Assembly (NCBI GenBank): GCA_964016885.1 | Contig: OZ024748.1 | Span: 50,344,001 to 50,408,000 of the forward strand | DNA from: Eledone cirrhosa | Lineage: Eukaryota | Direction of reading: 5' to 3' | DNA: 64,000 bases | Shown: piece by piece, positions 16,830 to 31,775 of the stretch | Layout: each line of letters opens with the position of its first letter | Position numbering within the stretch: the first letter of the stretch is position 1 | The notes under the pieces: model-generated | The model's database searches: none | Told to the model about the DNA's origin: nothing | The model's input: the letters and a program-made list of their open reading frames with translations, nothing else | Position numbers and translations under genes: made by a program

Positions 16830-18815
16830 AACTCCATGGATTTATGTGTCTGGTAGTAGGTTTATTGACAAAGTCTTCCTTATGGTCGTTAAGCGTAATA
16901 TAAGCCTCTGTACTTGCACTCAAACTTGTTATAGCAGGGTCAGCTTTTTTTTGTATTTAGCCAGTATGGTTTTTGTTAAGAAGGTGGTTATAGTTAGTCT
17001 GATCCAGTTCAATAAACAAACTTGTAGACTCATAAATTCTGCTAAAACGGAGTTAGGACTTGTTAGTAAAGACATACATAAATAAATTACTATAGCCATT
17101 AGAAAACAGTCCAATCTTAATCAGTGGGATAATAGTCAAACAGGTATAGATTGGTTTAATGTCCTCTAACAAGTGAGGATAGCTAGGTTTCCACAATTTG
17201 ACATTATCAACTTTTACCCCTCGATATCCAGGATCTTACGTGATAAGGCCCTTGATTTCGCTAACAAGTTCACCAATATAGACGAGTTAGAGTGATTAGT
17301 CAAATCCCATTCTAGGGAAAACTTTCCTCTCTAACAACAGTGACCCATGAATAAAGAAATCCACTATCAACGACCCATTTGATGCAATTTGTGGGCCTGC
17401 ATATTTAGACACAATACATAATAAATTCCCAGATTGTCATATTGGCCTTTATCGTGATGACGGTCTAGCACTCTCCAGCCCTAAAAATGACCATGACCAT
17501 GAAACATTTAAGAAAAACTTGATCACTACCTTCAACGGCCTAGGAAAATTACGATAGCTACCAACCTCACCAATGTTACATTCGTAGACGTGAATCTAGA
17601 CCTACAGACACTCACATACAGACCATTTCACAAACGCAGTGTACACTGGGTACATTCATAAGAACTTTAACCATGCTCCTATAATTTTCAGAAATCTTAT
17701 CAATAACATTCGTTAAAGGGTATCCAACCTCTCTTCTAGTGAAGCCATATAGCACTAAGCATCAACTGCTTCTCAGAAAAAATCACTTATATTCCAGAAC
17801 GCCGCCCTACATCTAGAAAAAACTTAGACATACAGACATCATATGGTTCGCTCCACCTTTCTGATGCTCATGCAGAAGACCTGAGATATGTCCCCTAGGC
17901 CAACAGAACAACACTCCAGTGGTGATATATCAAGCTGATGTTACCTCAAGTAACCAGAACCACCAAACCAGAAGCCTGGACGTATGTCGGAATGTCCGAG
18001 ACACGGTCAAAAATTGTTACCTGAACCACGAAACAACTTTTAGGCATCCTGGCAAAACGCATGCCACCCAGCTTGCAAACCATGTATGCAGCCTTAGAAA
18101 TAACGCTACACCCTTTTCCATGAAATGTAGTATATTAGATTAATCTACTCCCTATGTTAATGAAACGAAACATTTCCGCCTTCTAACTAGGAAAAATGCA
18201 ATATACTCTCTCAACTGACTTCATATAAACGCTGCTTAAATACACGACTTGGCTGCTTTAGCCACTGTCCGCACGAAACGAAGTACATTCTGAGAAAAAT
18301 GGTATAGACCTGATTACTAATTTTAATGTCAAGGAATATATTTTCTTTGAATTACTAACAAATTTGTATGTCAAGGAATTTGGATTCGTTGAGTAACTTC
18401 GCATACATTCTCCCTACACTTGATATTAGTTTTGGAAGAGTTATCTCCCTTCAGCCTATCTAATAATTGTTTCTAATTTTGGCCCAAGGCCAGCAATTAT
18501 CCCAGAGTATTACTGGTTCTTTATTTTATCAACCCCGTAAGGATGAAAGGCAAAGTTAACCTCGGCATAATATTGGTTATTTATAGCTACATATAATTAT
18601 GTTCGAAATTTCCTATCTTTGTTAGAACTCCCGAATTATCTTCATAAAAGAAATCAGACTCAACTACCGGAGGACATTTTTGTTTTTATAACAGGCTGAG
18701 TTGGGTTGCATAACCCAGCTAAACTTAAGTACATGAATATATCAGTATTGTAACTAATCATACTTAATATGTCCTATGGACTGAGTGCTCTTACACTTGG
18801 AACTTTTACTACAGT
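16830..18815 (+). mobile_element. Decayed Penelope-like element (RT + GIY-YIG) with an inverted 5' segment and a 3' pLTR-like region
   Basis: Interrupted + strand peptides TCRLINSAKTELG, QFDIINFYPSI, IGLYRDDGL, FVDVNLDL, IIWFAPP and VIYQA..YVGMSE..NHETTF..TQLANHV. A - strand piece (16835-17010) encodes AYITLNDHKEDFVNKPT. The element ends at (TA)n. Confidence 0.85.
18692..18735 (+). ncRNA. Decayed hammerhead in the 3' region of the PLE
   Basis: CTGA-GTTGGGTTG-CA-TAACCCAGC-TAAAC-TTAA-GTA. Stems II and III are intact, but both core strands are mutated. Confidence 0.45.
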
Positions 18816-18880
18816 AAATATATATATATATATATATAATATATATATAATACTAATAATACTAATAATAATAATAATAC

Positions 18881-18926
18881 TAATAAAAAGGACGATTTGT
18901 TATATCTTTAATACATTTATTGTGTA

Positions 18927-19006
<80 letters not shown>

Positions 19007-19052
19007 TACACAATAAACGTATTAAAGATATAACAAATCGTACTTTTATTAT
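18881..19052. repeat. ~50 bp inverted arms around a central (TA)n
   Basis: ACGATTTGTTATATCTTTAATAC.TTTATTGTGTAGTGA, then (TA)n, then TCACTACACAATAAA.GTATTAAAGATATAACAAATCGT. Confidence 0.85.
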
Positions 19053-19060
19053 TATTATTA

Positions 19061-19107
<47 letters not shown>

Positions 19108-19212
19108 GTATTATATATATATATATAATACAAATCGTAGAGTGCTTTACGTCTGTTTACAACAAACGTTGGTGGATTATCTGATCAACCCCTTTCCTAA
19201 ATTCCTAAATTG

Positions 19213-19255
<43 letters not shown>

Positions 19256-19475
19256 TATACAAGACATTGTGAGATATGCGGTTGTGATTGGGGAAAGCCG
19301 GTACAATGCAAATTAGAATGAGAAGAATGAAAACCAGATTAAAGTAAAATTAAGGAAACAACAAGACAAAGAAGTTTATAATTTTACCTTATCTTTAATG
19401 AAAATTTGAGGTTAGGCCTACCTTTTGAAGATGTGCGATATATATACACACACACACACATATATATATATATAT

Positions 19476-19706
<231 letters not shown>

Positions 19707-19804
19707 ATTATATAAATATATGCAAAAGGTAAACGGAACCAACAACGCAAAGAACTCATTAATATGAAGAAATATATTAGTTTACCGTTTGATACAGTAA
19801 TAAA

Positions 19805-19848
19805 ATAATCTTTACGTTTCGGACACTATCCCTTCGTCAGTGGAGAGA
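19805..19848 (-). ncRNA. Minimal hammerhead ribozyme motif
   Basis: The reverse complement reads CTGACGA-AGGGATAGTGTCC-GAAAC-GTA. Confidence 0.6.
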
Positions 19849-19979
19849 ATGATAAATAAAAGATGAAACAGAAAGTTAGTGAGTGAGAAGAGAAAGGAAC
19901 AGAAAGGAAATTGAGCATAAGCACGTGTGTATTCAGTCAGTCATTTTCATTTAATAAACATGCACATATGTATATACAT

Positions 19980-20095
<116 letters not shown>

Positions 20096-20097
20096 AT

Positions 20098-20158
<61 letters not shown>

Positions 20159-20165
<7 letters not shown>

Positions 20166-20741
20166 TACACAATAATCAAAGCTATGTTCAAATCCTTTTA
20201 TTGCTGACAATCGTTTCTTCCAAACTTTCGTTTGGTTTCATCGGAGCACTAGCAATGTTTGTACATATAATTAACCTCCTATTTAATTGAACAATCATAT
20301 AGATACATGGATATTAATGTTGCCAACAACAAGTTCGTATTTACGGTTTAAATTCCGGAAGTAAATTAGCCTTATATAAAAGGGATTCACTTATAACACA
20401 ATATAATGTATATCAACACAAAGAATTTAACTAATTGGAGCTGTAAACAACTATACATTTTTCCCATTTTTTCTAATTTCTTCTATCATTTACAACGTAA
20501 TCGCTAGTTATCTCCCCTTTCGTATTAGCTCCTCTTAAATAGATCAAACTCACTTCCGGAAATTAAACCGTTAGAAGAATCACTCCACAACAACTCAAAC
20601 CCCGGATAACAATATAATAGGAGGTTAATTATATGTACAAACATTGCTAGTGCTCCGATGAGTCCAAACGAAAGTTTGGAAGAAACGATTATCAGCAATA
20701 AAATGATTTGAACATAGCTTTGATTATTGTGTAATTTATAA
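20159..20741. repeat. Inverted-repeat element with ~125 bp arms, each carrying the variant hammerhead
   Basis: 20159-20283 is the reverse complement of 20617-20741. An inner inverted pair lies at 20343-20362 and 20553-20571. Confidence 0.85.
20202..20249 (-). ncRNA. Variant hammerhead (CCGAUGA core)
   Basis: The reverse complement reads TGCT-CCGATGA-AA-CCAAAC-GAAA-GTTTGG-AA-GAAAC-GATT-GTC-AGCA, with stems I, II and III all paired. Related copies lie at 20651-20697 (+) and 60671-60717 (+). Confidence 0.62.
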
Positions 20742-20878
20742 TTTATATTCCGGCTCTGTAAAAGTTCTCATGTATTTACATTTAGCTATTTTTCTTACTG
20801 GTAATAAGGTAGTATTGAATTACTGACCTTTCCTGTTTATAGTTGTATATAGTGTATATATAACTATAAATAATATTA

Positions 20879-20918
<40 letters not shown>

Positions 20919-21307
20919 TAGGTGTGTGTGTGTATTTGTTGATGGCAATGAACAGAGGAACTGGTGCTCTAGCCTGGAGCTACATTATGAATTCTTAATA
21001 TATTTATTAGCTGTATTACTACCAGTATGTTATGTTGATGATATACGTTTTCATCTACCTGAGAGGATCTTCCAACATTCGTACAATCTGCAAAATATTT
21101 AACACTAAACCAATATCACTGTTGAAAGCATAGATCCCGCGCATATGCCCGTGTGTGTGACCTATACATACAATCCATACACATATATAAACACAGGTGC
21201 TCATGTACACACGCGCACACAACTCACCCTGTGTGTGTGTATATATATATATATGTGTGTCTGTGTGTGTGTGCGTGCGTGTGTATATATATACAAATAC
21301 GTACACG

Positions 21308-21417
<110 letters not shown>

Positions 21418-22577
21418 CATATCTATGTATATATACGCATACATATGCTTAAACGCTGTCTCAGTACTGCCGCTAATATATATATATATATTTATAAAAT
21501 AAAAAAAGCCTCCTCGTCACAGGACTATCCGTTCAACTCCAAATAAATGAGATAAATGAGATAAAGTTTTATATACACAAAGAGTTGTATGGTTGCGTAA
21601 AAGTAAAATAAATAATAACGAAGCCAGCGGAGAGTTAATTTAAGGCAGGTAAACTGAATACCGTATACATCACATTTCTAATATATTAACATGGCTAATA
21701 TATTAACATGGCGTTCATAAACAGAGATGGTACTCAAAACCTGGCGGAAATTGTTAGCAACAGTGCAGTAAGAGGACAATCACAAGGAATTAAGCATGAA
21801 TTCACGGTTGAGTTAACACATTATACGAAAAGGCCAATCGGCTCTTTGTTTTAAAGGTGAGGGAGGGCTATGTTCAAATTTGTTTCGAACTGAACCATGA
21901 CTTAATAAGCATACCACGGCCTTTCTCGCATTCGATCAGATTAAAACAAACTACTATGTATGCAAATGTTGAATATATTCCTAAAGAGGAAAGTTTTCAG
22001 AAAAAGATCTAAAAGGAAATAACACAACAATGCCAGTAGCATAAATTTGGACAATAATAATAACACAATATTTTACGTTTTCAAAGCAAGGTTTAAATGT
22101 AATCTAAAGTTATATCTAAATTGTATTTATCATAGGTTATATATAATATATTGTATTTTATTATTAATTAATAATAACCAACGAATGTACGTTATATAAA
22201 GCGGAGTCGCGGTTTAAGCTGCGTCCGGTTTTGTGTCTAATATAATTTCGGAGTTTATTATTTACGTATAGTGACAATCAGTGATTACTTTGCGCTTCTT
22301 TTACGTTCAGATTAAGGTCTTTAGCGGTCTTAGTTGCTTTTATGAATATAATTTGTCATATATAGGTGTATGTTCTTTTCCTATGCTGGATGTTAATGGA
22401 ACTTGACTTCTGAAGAACATCCAATATATTTCAAACATGTAATATCAAACCCTATATTTTCCCAATACAAATACCAATACAAAGTTTTTAAACTATATTT
22501 TGTAACTCTGATATATGTTGATATTTTGATATATGATCAATATTATCTGTTTTTTCTTGAATGAAATGTATTGGTAT

Positions 22578-22697
22578 TTTAATTAAACTCTGAAGACACC
22601 CATAGTCGATGCAAACAGATGGCAAATTGTTAAATATAATAATTTGCTATATGTGATATATTACTGTGGGAAGACACAATTGTCAGTAATTAAATTT
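22578..22697 (+). ncRNA. Decayed hammerhead with a long stem II
   Basis: CTGAAGA, then stem CCCATAGT/ACTGTGGG with an inner stem GGCAAATTGT/ATAATTTGCT, then GACAC (mutated GAAAC)-AATT-GTC-AGTAATTAA. A (TA)n tract lies ~130 nt downstream. Confidence 0.45.
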
Positions 22698-22828
22698 AAG
22701 CCTTGAATTTTAAGTTTTGGTTTGTAAGCAAATTGTTACTATATAACGGTTCTGCATAATCCTATCATTGAATTGAGCTAAAATGCACGTATTAAGTTAG
22801 TAAAATTTACTCTTATTTCTATTTCTAT

Positions 22829-22859
<31 letters not shown>

Positions 22860-23161
22860 ATGTATATATATATATATATAACTTCTCCATCCCAGTTGTC
22901 CTTTTATACCGTCTCACGTTTCGGCTAAATACTTCGCCCAGCCTTTCATTTTGTCTTTTAAGTTACTCACCCAATTTCTGCAATTCTCACCCCGTACTCT
23001 CACTCTGTACCCCCCTCCGCTGTCCCCCCTCTCTCTCTCACTCTATCTCTCGTCCTATTTCTCTCTTCCCACCTCCCGCAATCTAACCTCATTCCTTCTC
23101 ACTGCCGTTCTTCTTCTTATTTCGTTTTCATATATCTTTTTTTACACCCTTATAAAACCAT

Positions 23162-23211
<50 letters not shown>

Positions 23212-23956
23212 AACCATATATAGGAACCATATATAGGAACCATATATATAGGAACCATATATAGGAATATATATATATATATATATATATATGGACATGT
23301 AATATATAGAATAGTGTCTATGCATGCATATCCATGTGTTAGCAGGTGACTTTCTGTGGACTTGTGTACACGTCTTTCTCTATGAAAGAGGCTAAGTGTA
23401 TGTGTGTATGTGTGTATGTGTCTGATAATAGCTATGCTTATGCTTTGCATACTTTCTTGCTTGTCATTCCATTGCCCGTTTTGTTTCCTCGTTACATCCT
23501 CTCCTCTACCATCTCTTTACCACCTCACCCCCTTCTACATCACTCTCCTTTCTTTTTTCCTTTACATTTCGGTTCTGTTTTGTTTCTGTCAGGCACGTCT
23601 CATTAACTTGCCATCCCCCCCCCCCCCCCCCGTCCATCCTACACAAAGCTGTATCGTGTACATACATACATACATATATATACATACATACATACATACA
23701 TGTATATATACATACTTGCATATATACATACATACATACATATATATACATACATACATATATACAATCATACGTATATACGTACATAAATATATACATA
23801 TATATATATATATATGCATCTAGATGTGCATATATACATATACACGTACATATCACTCTCCCCCTCTCTCTCTCTCGCTATATATATATATATATAGGAG
23901 AGAGAGAGAGAGAGAGAGACAGAGACAGATATGATAGATAATATAGATAGATACAT

Positions 23957-24011
<55 letters not shown>

Positions 24012-24291
24012 TCTACACCTACAACAATCACACATACATATATATATAGCCATGTTTGTGTCTATTTTTTTTGTCTCTATATGAATTCTACTGTTCCTCT
24101 TATTTGCTGGAAATACTTTTGTTTCACACTACCTTATCTATTCTTCTTTCATCTGTACCCCCTTCCTCCCGACACTTACCTCCCCCTAGTCTGTCTGTCA
24201 GTCTGTCTTATCTCAATGTCTGCCTCTTTAGGTTCTTCCTTACCTACATAGCCCCCTCCATCCTTCCCTTCTTCCATCCTGCCTTCTCTCC

Positions 24292-24350
<59 letters not shown>

Positions 24351-24353
24351 CTG

Positions 24354-24409
<56 letters not shown>

Positions 24410-24451
24410 CTATCTATCTATCTATCTATCTATCTACTATCTATGTATCTA

Positions 24452-24506
<55 letters not shown>

Positions 24507-24509
<3 letters not shown>

Positions 24510-24640
24510 CCCCCTATTGGGGGATTCGATTGTTAAATTTGCTTGTTTTAATAATATTTTTACAGGATTGTATGTAAAATCTCCGGCATGTGTCTTTGTA
24601 TTGTCCCCTTTTCTAGTGCGCCCTTGTGGCAAATAAAGAA

Positions 24641-24672
<32 letters not shown>

Positions 24673-24871
24673 CTTCGTACTCCTGGAGATGACGGTTGCA
24701 CATTTTTTCGGGTGTATGTGTTACCCATATGAACTGTCTCCCCCTATTGGGGAAAATCGACTAATTTTTAAATTGCATTTGTGATAACATTTTACACGTT
24801 TTTATTGTATGTAAACTTCCCCCTTTGTATTTGTCCTCTTCTTTTGTGCCCCTGTGGCTAATAAAGAAACA
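24507..24871 (+). mobile_element. Two stacked Tx1 3'-UTR fragments within (TATC)n
   Basis: 24507-24641 and 24672-24871 each end GTGGC(A/T)AATAAAGAAA followed by TATC-like repeat, and both contain the CCCCCTATTGGGG hairpin. They are similar to 51400-51610 and 45540-45635. Confidence 0.82.
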
Positions 24872-24915
24872 TATCTCTCTATCTCTCTATCTCTCTATCT
24901 ATCTATCTATGTATG

Positions 24916-24966
<51 letters not shown>

Positions 24967-25396
24967 GTATGTATCTATCTATCTATCCATCTATCTATCT
25001 GTCTCTGTATACAGAGACACACTCATTTATTCACTGATAGATACACACCCACTCTCATATATATTTATATGTGTGTGTGTGTGTGTGTGTGTGGAGACAG
25101 GGAATAAGAGAGAGAGGGGGGGGGGGGCGGGGGGCGGGGCGAGTGAGAGAGATATGAAAGTACCAAGGAATCGAACAAATCTTAGACATGTCATTTGTGT
25201 AGCTGTGACGCTGTGTCTTTCAATGTGTGTGATTGTGTACACGTCACAGGTATTACGTGTTTCAACGCAACCATTTTTTCTTGCGTTGTTTTCTTTGATT
25301 CGATGTCCTCTCACACAGAATGCTATACATATATACACCTGCATTTTTATATTTATATATAAATACATACATACATACTATGATACATATATAATA

Positions 25397-25469
<73 letters not shown>

Positions 25470-25491
25470 ATATATATATATATGTGTGTGC

Positions 25492-25532
<41 letters not shown>

Positions 25533-25571
25533 TACACGCACCTACACACACACATATAAATATATATATAT

Positions 25572-25606
<35 letters not shown>

Positions 25607-25657
25607 CACAATTATATATTCATTGGCAATACTGGCAACATGGCAACCCTTAAATAT

Positions 25658-25745
<88 letters not shown>

Positions 25746-26059
25746 CAGGTATACACACATACACTTACACACATTTTATATTTATATACACAAACGTTTG
25801 CTCAGCCAGTCTATTCCCCCCTCGCACCGCACGCTAAAAATCCCCCTTTTTCTCTTTATCTGTGTCAACGTTTCTCTGACCGCCACTCTTAATAACTTCA
25901 CCTCTACTCACTGCACTACAGCTTGTCTCTTAGGCGGCCATCTTAGCTATTAACTTATCCTAGGCAGATATCTCTGCAGTTCACCTCTCACTGTTTTGAC
26001 CTCGACATCAATACTTCTATCTATCTATCTACCTATCTACCTATCTATCTATCTATCTA

Positions 26060-26490
26060 GTAATGTCCCCTTTTTTTGTGCGCCCCTGTAGCAAATAAAG
26101 AAATATATCTATCTATATATATCTATCTATATATATCTATCTATCCAACCTGTAGGTTGAGGAAAAAGAGGAAGAGAGAAAAGGGGTACAAACTCTTCGT
26201 AATCTTGGAGATGAGGGTTGCACATTTTTTTCGGGGGTATGTGTTACCCATATGAAATGTCTCCCCCTATTGGGGAAAATCGATTAATTTTTAAATTGCA
26301 TTTGTGATAGCATTTTACACGTTTTTATTGTATGTAAACTTCCCCCTTTGTATTTGTCCCCTTCTTTTGTGCCCCTGTGGCTAATAAAGAAACATATCTA
26401 TTAAAATTATGATTTTCATGTAAAACCCCCGCTGTCACGTCTTGTAATATCCCTTTTTTGTACGCCCTTGTGGCAAAATAAAGAAAGATA
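26060..26490 (+). mobile_element. Three stacked Tx1 3'-UTR fragments next to (TATC)n
   Basis: Ends at ~26103, ~26392 and ~26488, all of the form GT(G/A)GC..AATAAAGAAA. 26148 starts ACCTGTAG, matching the ORF2 stop context. Confidence 0.8.
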
Positions 26491-26884
26491 TCTATCTATT
26501 TATCCGTCGGTTTGTCTGTCTCTCTATCTCTGTATCTGTCTGTCTATCTATCGATGTACCTAGGTATTCTTCTAGTTCTCTTCCTTGCTACCGTTTTACC
26601 TACTTACCTCCGACCATACTCATCAAACTTCTTATCTAACCACCTCTACATACACACCTATCTAACCACCTTCCTATCTAACTACCCCCCCCTCTCTACC
26701 CATTTCCCTACCTACAACAACAACATCAATTAAAACAAAACCAACGTGCTGTTATATACACAACTAATAAGGAGTGGAACGGGATATATAGTGTCTCTCT
26801 TTGTCTGATAACTTGTTAATCGTCAACTTCGAGGTTACTCTAGGAGCAGCCAAACAAATACCAATAACCGAAGTAACGTGTCGG

Positions 26885-27000
26885 CTCGTGGCTTAATGTT
26901 TAGGAAATTGGTTTCACAATCATAAGGTTGCGAGTTCGATTCGCGGAATGGGTGGTGCGTTATGTCTTTGAGTAAGACATTTTATTTCACGTTGATCTTT
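26885..27000 (+). mobile_element. Second tRNA-derived SINE family, decayed (partial - strand copy at ~60980-61035)
   Basis: A-box-like GTGGCTTAATG and B-box GAGTTCGATTC, followed by TTGAGTAAGACATTTTATTTCAC. Confidence 0.6.
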
Positions 27001-27218
27001 CTGCCAGGAGTTGCGACTGGGAGACAGTATTAGCCAAATAAAAACTAATTGAATCATAGTTTTCTTTGTCCGATTTCACGTGAAGGAGGTCTGGTATCTT
27101 TTGTCAAGAATGCCTCACTGGAGCCATGACCAAGATTCTATCATATCTCATTGTACATTGAGATCGTTAACTACACTGGAACATTGGCTCAGTGAATTAC
27201 ACAATGTCGTTTTTCCAA

Positions 27219-27263
<45 letters not shown>

Positions 27264-28569
27264 ATGTGTCTATCACAACAAACAAATAATGGTTTATGAT
27301 TTAGGTACGAGGCCAACAATTTTTGGGGAAGGGAAAATCGATTAAATTGACTACAGTGTATTACTGGTGCTTTATTTTATCGACTTCATAAGGAGGAAAA
27401 GCAAATGTGCCGATATTACTAGCAAACAAATAATATTCTTTCAACATATCTAATAAATAGAGCATTAACTATGCTAATTAGAAATAATTATGCAATGAAG
27501 CAAAATAAAAACAGTATGAATCAAAAACAAATAATTTTCTATAGCGGTTATTCTGCTTGATATGACGTGTCACAGAATGCAGACCTGCCAACCTCTAAAA
27601 ACCCAAACGGGGTGTACCATGATAAAACGTGCCCCCAAACGAGGAGAAATGATGCAAAGTGGGGAGATTTTATATAATGAAAGCTATTTCACAAGCGAAG
27701 ATCTCTCGCCCACCGCAAAGTGGGTGGGAGGCTTCCTCGTCCGACGGGGAAAGTTGACAGCACTGCCAATGTTAAATTTTAAGATCTTAACTTTGAAACG
27801 AAGTCGAAGACGTAAGTTTGAATATAACGCTTTAAACAATCTTAAGTCTGGCATGGCGCAAACATAATAGGAAGTATGACGACAAAAAAATACACACTTT
27901 GACAAGTATTTTGACACCTACATTGTATCACATCTCATCCGAAACTACAATAACGACAACTGGGATATCTATAGCCAGGATCAGACATATCACCTTCGCC
28001 CCTACAACACTAAAATAAATATACATAAAACAACTCGGACTGGAGGAGTGGTTTCACTCACAGGGAACAGGTAACAACAGCACTGTCATACTTACTTAAT
28101 TTTTAAGATGGGGACAATTATGACAATCCTACATCTCCTGGTAAACCTAAATAATAGAGTACAACCGTCAGTGAACACCAAATACTTGCTAGCAAACTAA
28201 TAGTCAAGCCGTATCCAGATACATAACAACGGCAATTTTATGCCTGAAAGTGCCCCCTTAACCTGCATAATATAGCAGCGAAATCTTCCTCAAATTAATC
28301 CTATTGTCATATATCATAGTAACATATTAGTTATTGTGTTCGAAGGTGTACTCGACTATAAACATATGCTATAATCACGTCTAGAATATCGTTCATGAAA
28401 GGTTTGTACCATGAGAACTGACCAGAAACTAAAACCAACATCTGCTAACATCACAGACATTATTTTAAAGATACCAGTAGTGTACCAGTAATGTACTGGT
28501 TATTTGCTGGCCTTGTGCCTAAAGTAGAAACAATTATTTTAAAGATACCATGTTGATCTGGCTTTACGC

Positions 28570-31500
28570 ATTCACTTTCCACCATCACCATACCATCGCT
28601 GCCAACATCACCATACCATTGCTGCCAGCATCACCATACCATCGCTGCCACCATCACCATACCATCGCTGCCACCATCACCATATATTCGATGCTGCTAT
28701 CACCATACCGTCTCTGCCACAATCGCCATACCATCGCTGCCACCATCACCATACCATCGTTGCAACTATCGCCATACCATCGCTGCCACAACCACCATCA
28801 CCATATATTCGATGCTACTATCACCATACCATCGCTGATACACACACCATACCATCGCTGATACAAGCCCCATACAATCGCTGCCACCATCATAATATAT
28901 CCGATGTCACTATTCCCAAACCATTACTGCCACAACCACCATACCATCGCTGCCACCAACACCATACCATCGATGCCACTATCACCAGACCATCACTGCC
29001 TCAACCACCAAACCATTCCTATCATCATTACCATACCATTGCTGCCACCATCATTGACATCATAGCAGTCACCATCACCATACCGTCAGCGAACCCATAC
29101 CATCACTACCACAATACCACCACATTCACAATACCATCACTAACACCATACGTTCACATTCACCATAACATCACAACCACCATACCATCACCTCCACCAT
29201 GTTATCACCACCACCATACTATCACAGCCCCGATACCATCAATACCACCATATTATCACAGACACCATAGCGTCAATACCACCATACCATGACTGATATC
29301 ATACCATCATTGATACCATACCATCACTGACACTATACCATCACATACCATCAACAAACAATATACCATTCCTGGTACCATAACATAACTGAGGCCATAC
29401 CATCACCGACCCGATATAATCACTATCACCATACCATCGCTACCAACATGCCATCATTACTACCATACCATCAATAACACCATACCATCTCTGACACGTT
29501 ACCACCACTATCACCATGCCATCATTACCACCATACCATCAATAACACCATACCATCTCTGACACGTTACCACCACTATCACCATGCCATCAGTACCACC
29601 ATACCATCAATAACACCATACCATCTCTGACACGTTACCACCACTATCACCATGCCATCATTACCACCATACCATCAATAACACCATACCATCTCTGACA
29701 CGTTACCACCACTATCACCATGCCATCAGTACCACCATACCATCAATAACACCATACCATCTCTGACACGTTACCACCACTATCACCATGCCATCATTAC
29801 CACCATACCATCAATAACACCATACCATCTCTGACACGTTACCACCACTATCACCATGCCATTAGTACCACCATACCATCACTACCAAAATAACATCACT
29901 TTCACCGTACCATCACGTCAACCTTACCATAACTGCCACACATGCTATTACTACCACCATACCATCACTGACAACATACCACCACTCAAACCATACCGCT
30001 ACTCATACCATACCACCACTACAACCATACCACTACAACCACCGCACAATCATTACCACCATAACATCGGTAACACCATATCATCAATACCACCATACCA
30101 TCGCTGACAACATACCACCACTCAAACCATACCGCTACTCATACCATACCACCACTACAACCATACCACTACAACCACCGCACCATCATTACCACCATAA
30201 CATCGGTAACACCATATCATCAATACCACCATACCATCGCTGACATCATACCACCACTCACACCATACCTCTACTCATACCATACCACCACTACAACCAT
30301 ACCGCTACTACTACTACCGCATTATCATTACAACTATAACATCATTAGCACCATACCATCAATACCACCATGCCATCACTGAAACGATACCACCACTCCC
30401 ACCATGCCACCACGTTCCACCATGCCACCACGTTCCACCATGCCACCACTCCCACAATACCACCACTACAACCATACCATTACAACCACCGCACCATCAT
30501 TACCACCATAATACCATGACACCACTCCCATCATACCATCACTGACACCAAACTATCACTACCACAATACCACAATACCACAATACCACCACTACCACAA
30601 TACCATCACTGACACCATACCGCCACTACCACCTTACCATCACTACCATTATACCACGACTCACACAATAACACCACTGAAACTATACCAACACTCACCC
30701 CATACCATCACTATCACCATACCACCACTCACACCGTACCACCACTGACACCATACCATCACTACCACCTTACCATCACTACCATCATACTATAACTACC
30801 ACAATACCACCACTCCCTCAATTCCATCAGACACCATACCACTACTCACACCATACCACCACTACAACCATACCACTACTACCACGGCACTATCACTACC
30901 ATCATACTATAACTACCACAATACCACCACTCCCTCAATACCATCAGACACCATACCACCACTCACACCATACCACTACTACCACCATACCACCACTACT
31001 ACCACCATATCACCACTACCACCTTACCATCACTACCATCATACTATAACTACCACAATACCACCACTCCCTCAATACCATCACTATCACCATACCACCA
31101 CTCACACCATACCACCACCCACACCATACCACCACTCACACCATACCACCACTCACACCATACCACCACTCACACCATACCACCACTCACACCATACCAC
31201 CACTACCACCTTACCATTACTACCATCATACTATAACTACCACAATACCACCACTCCCTCAATAACCATCAGACACCATACCACCACTCACACCATACCA
31301 CTACTACCACCATACCACCACTACTACCACCATACCACCACTACCCCCTTACCATCACTACCATCATACTATAACTCCCACAATACCACCACTCCCTCAA
31401 TACCATCACTATCACCATACCACCACTCACACCATACCACCACTCACACCATACCACCACTCACACCATACCACCACTACCACCTTACCATTACTACCAT

Positions 31501-31775
31501 CATACTATAACCACCACAATACCACCACTCCCTCAATAACCATCAGACACCATACCACCACTCACACCATACCACTACTACCACCATACCACCACTACTA
31601 CCACCATACCACCACTACCACCTTACCATCACTACCATCATACTATAACTACCACAATACCACCACTCCCTCAATGCCATCACTATCACCATACCACCAC
31701 TATCACCATACCACCACTCACACCATACCACCACTACAACCATACCACTACTACCACTGCACCATCACTACCATC
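28570..31775. repeat. Compound ACCATACC-based minisatellite region
   Basis: ~17-20 nt base units with higher-order blocks: six 68-bp units (CTGACACG at 29491, 29559, 29627, 29695, 29763 and 29831), ~135-bp units at 29960-30340, and longer duplications at 30760-31700. Confidence 0.85.

Noticed and set aside
24854-25837. 327-aa ORF
   Set aside because: It is a patchwork of TATC, GT, CT and TA repeats.
26885-26960. Possible tRNA gene
   Set aside because: A/B boxes are present but there is no cloverleaf, and it continues into a SINE body.
27562-27917. 101-aa ORF in complex sequence
   Set aside because: No recognisable motif or splice signals, so it cannot be supported as a gene.
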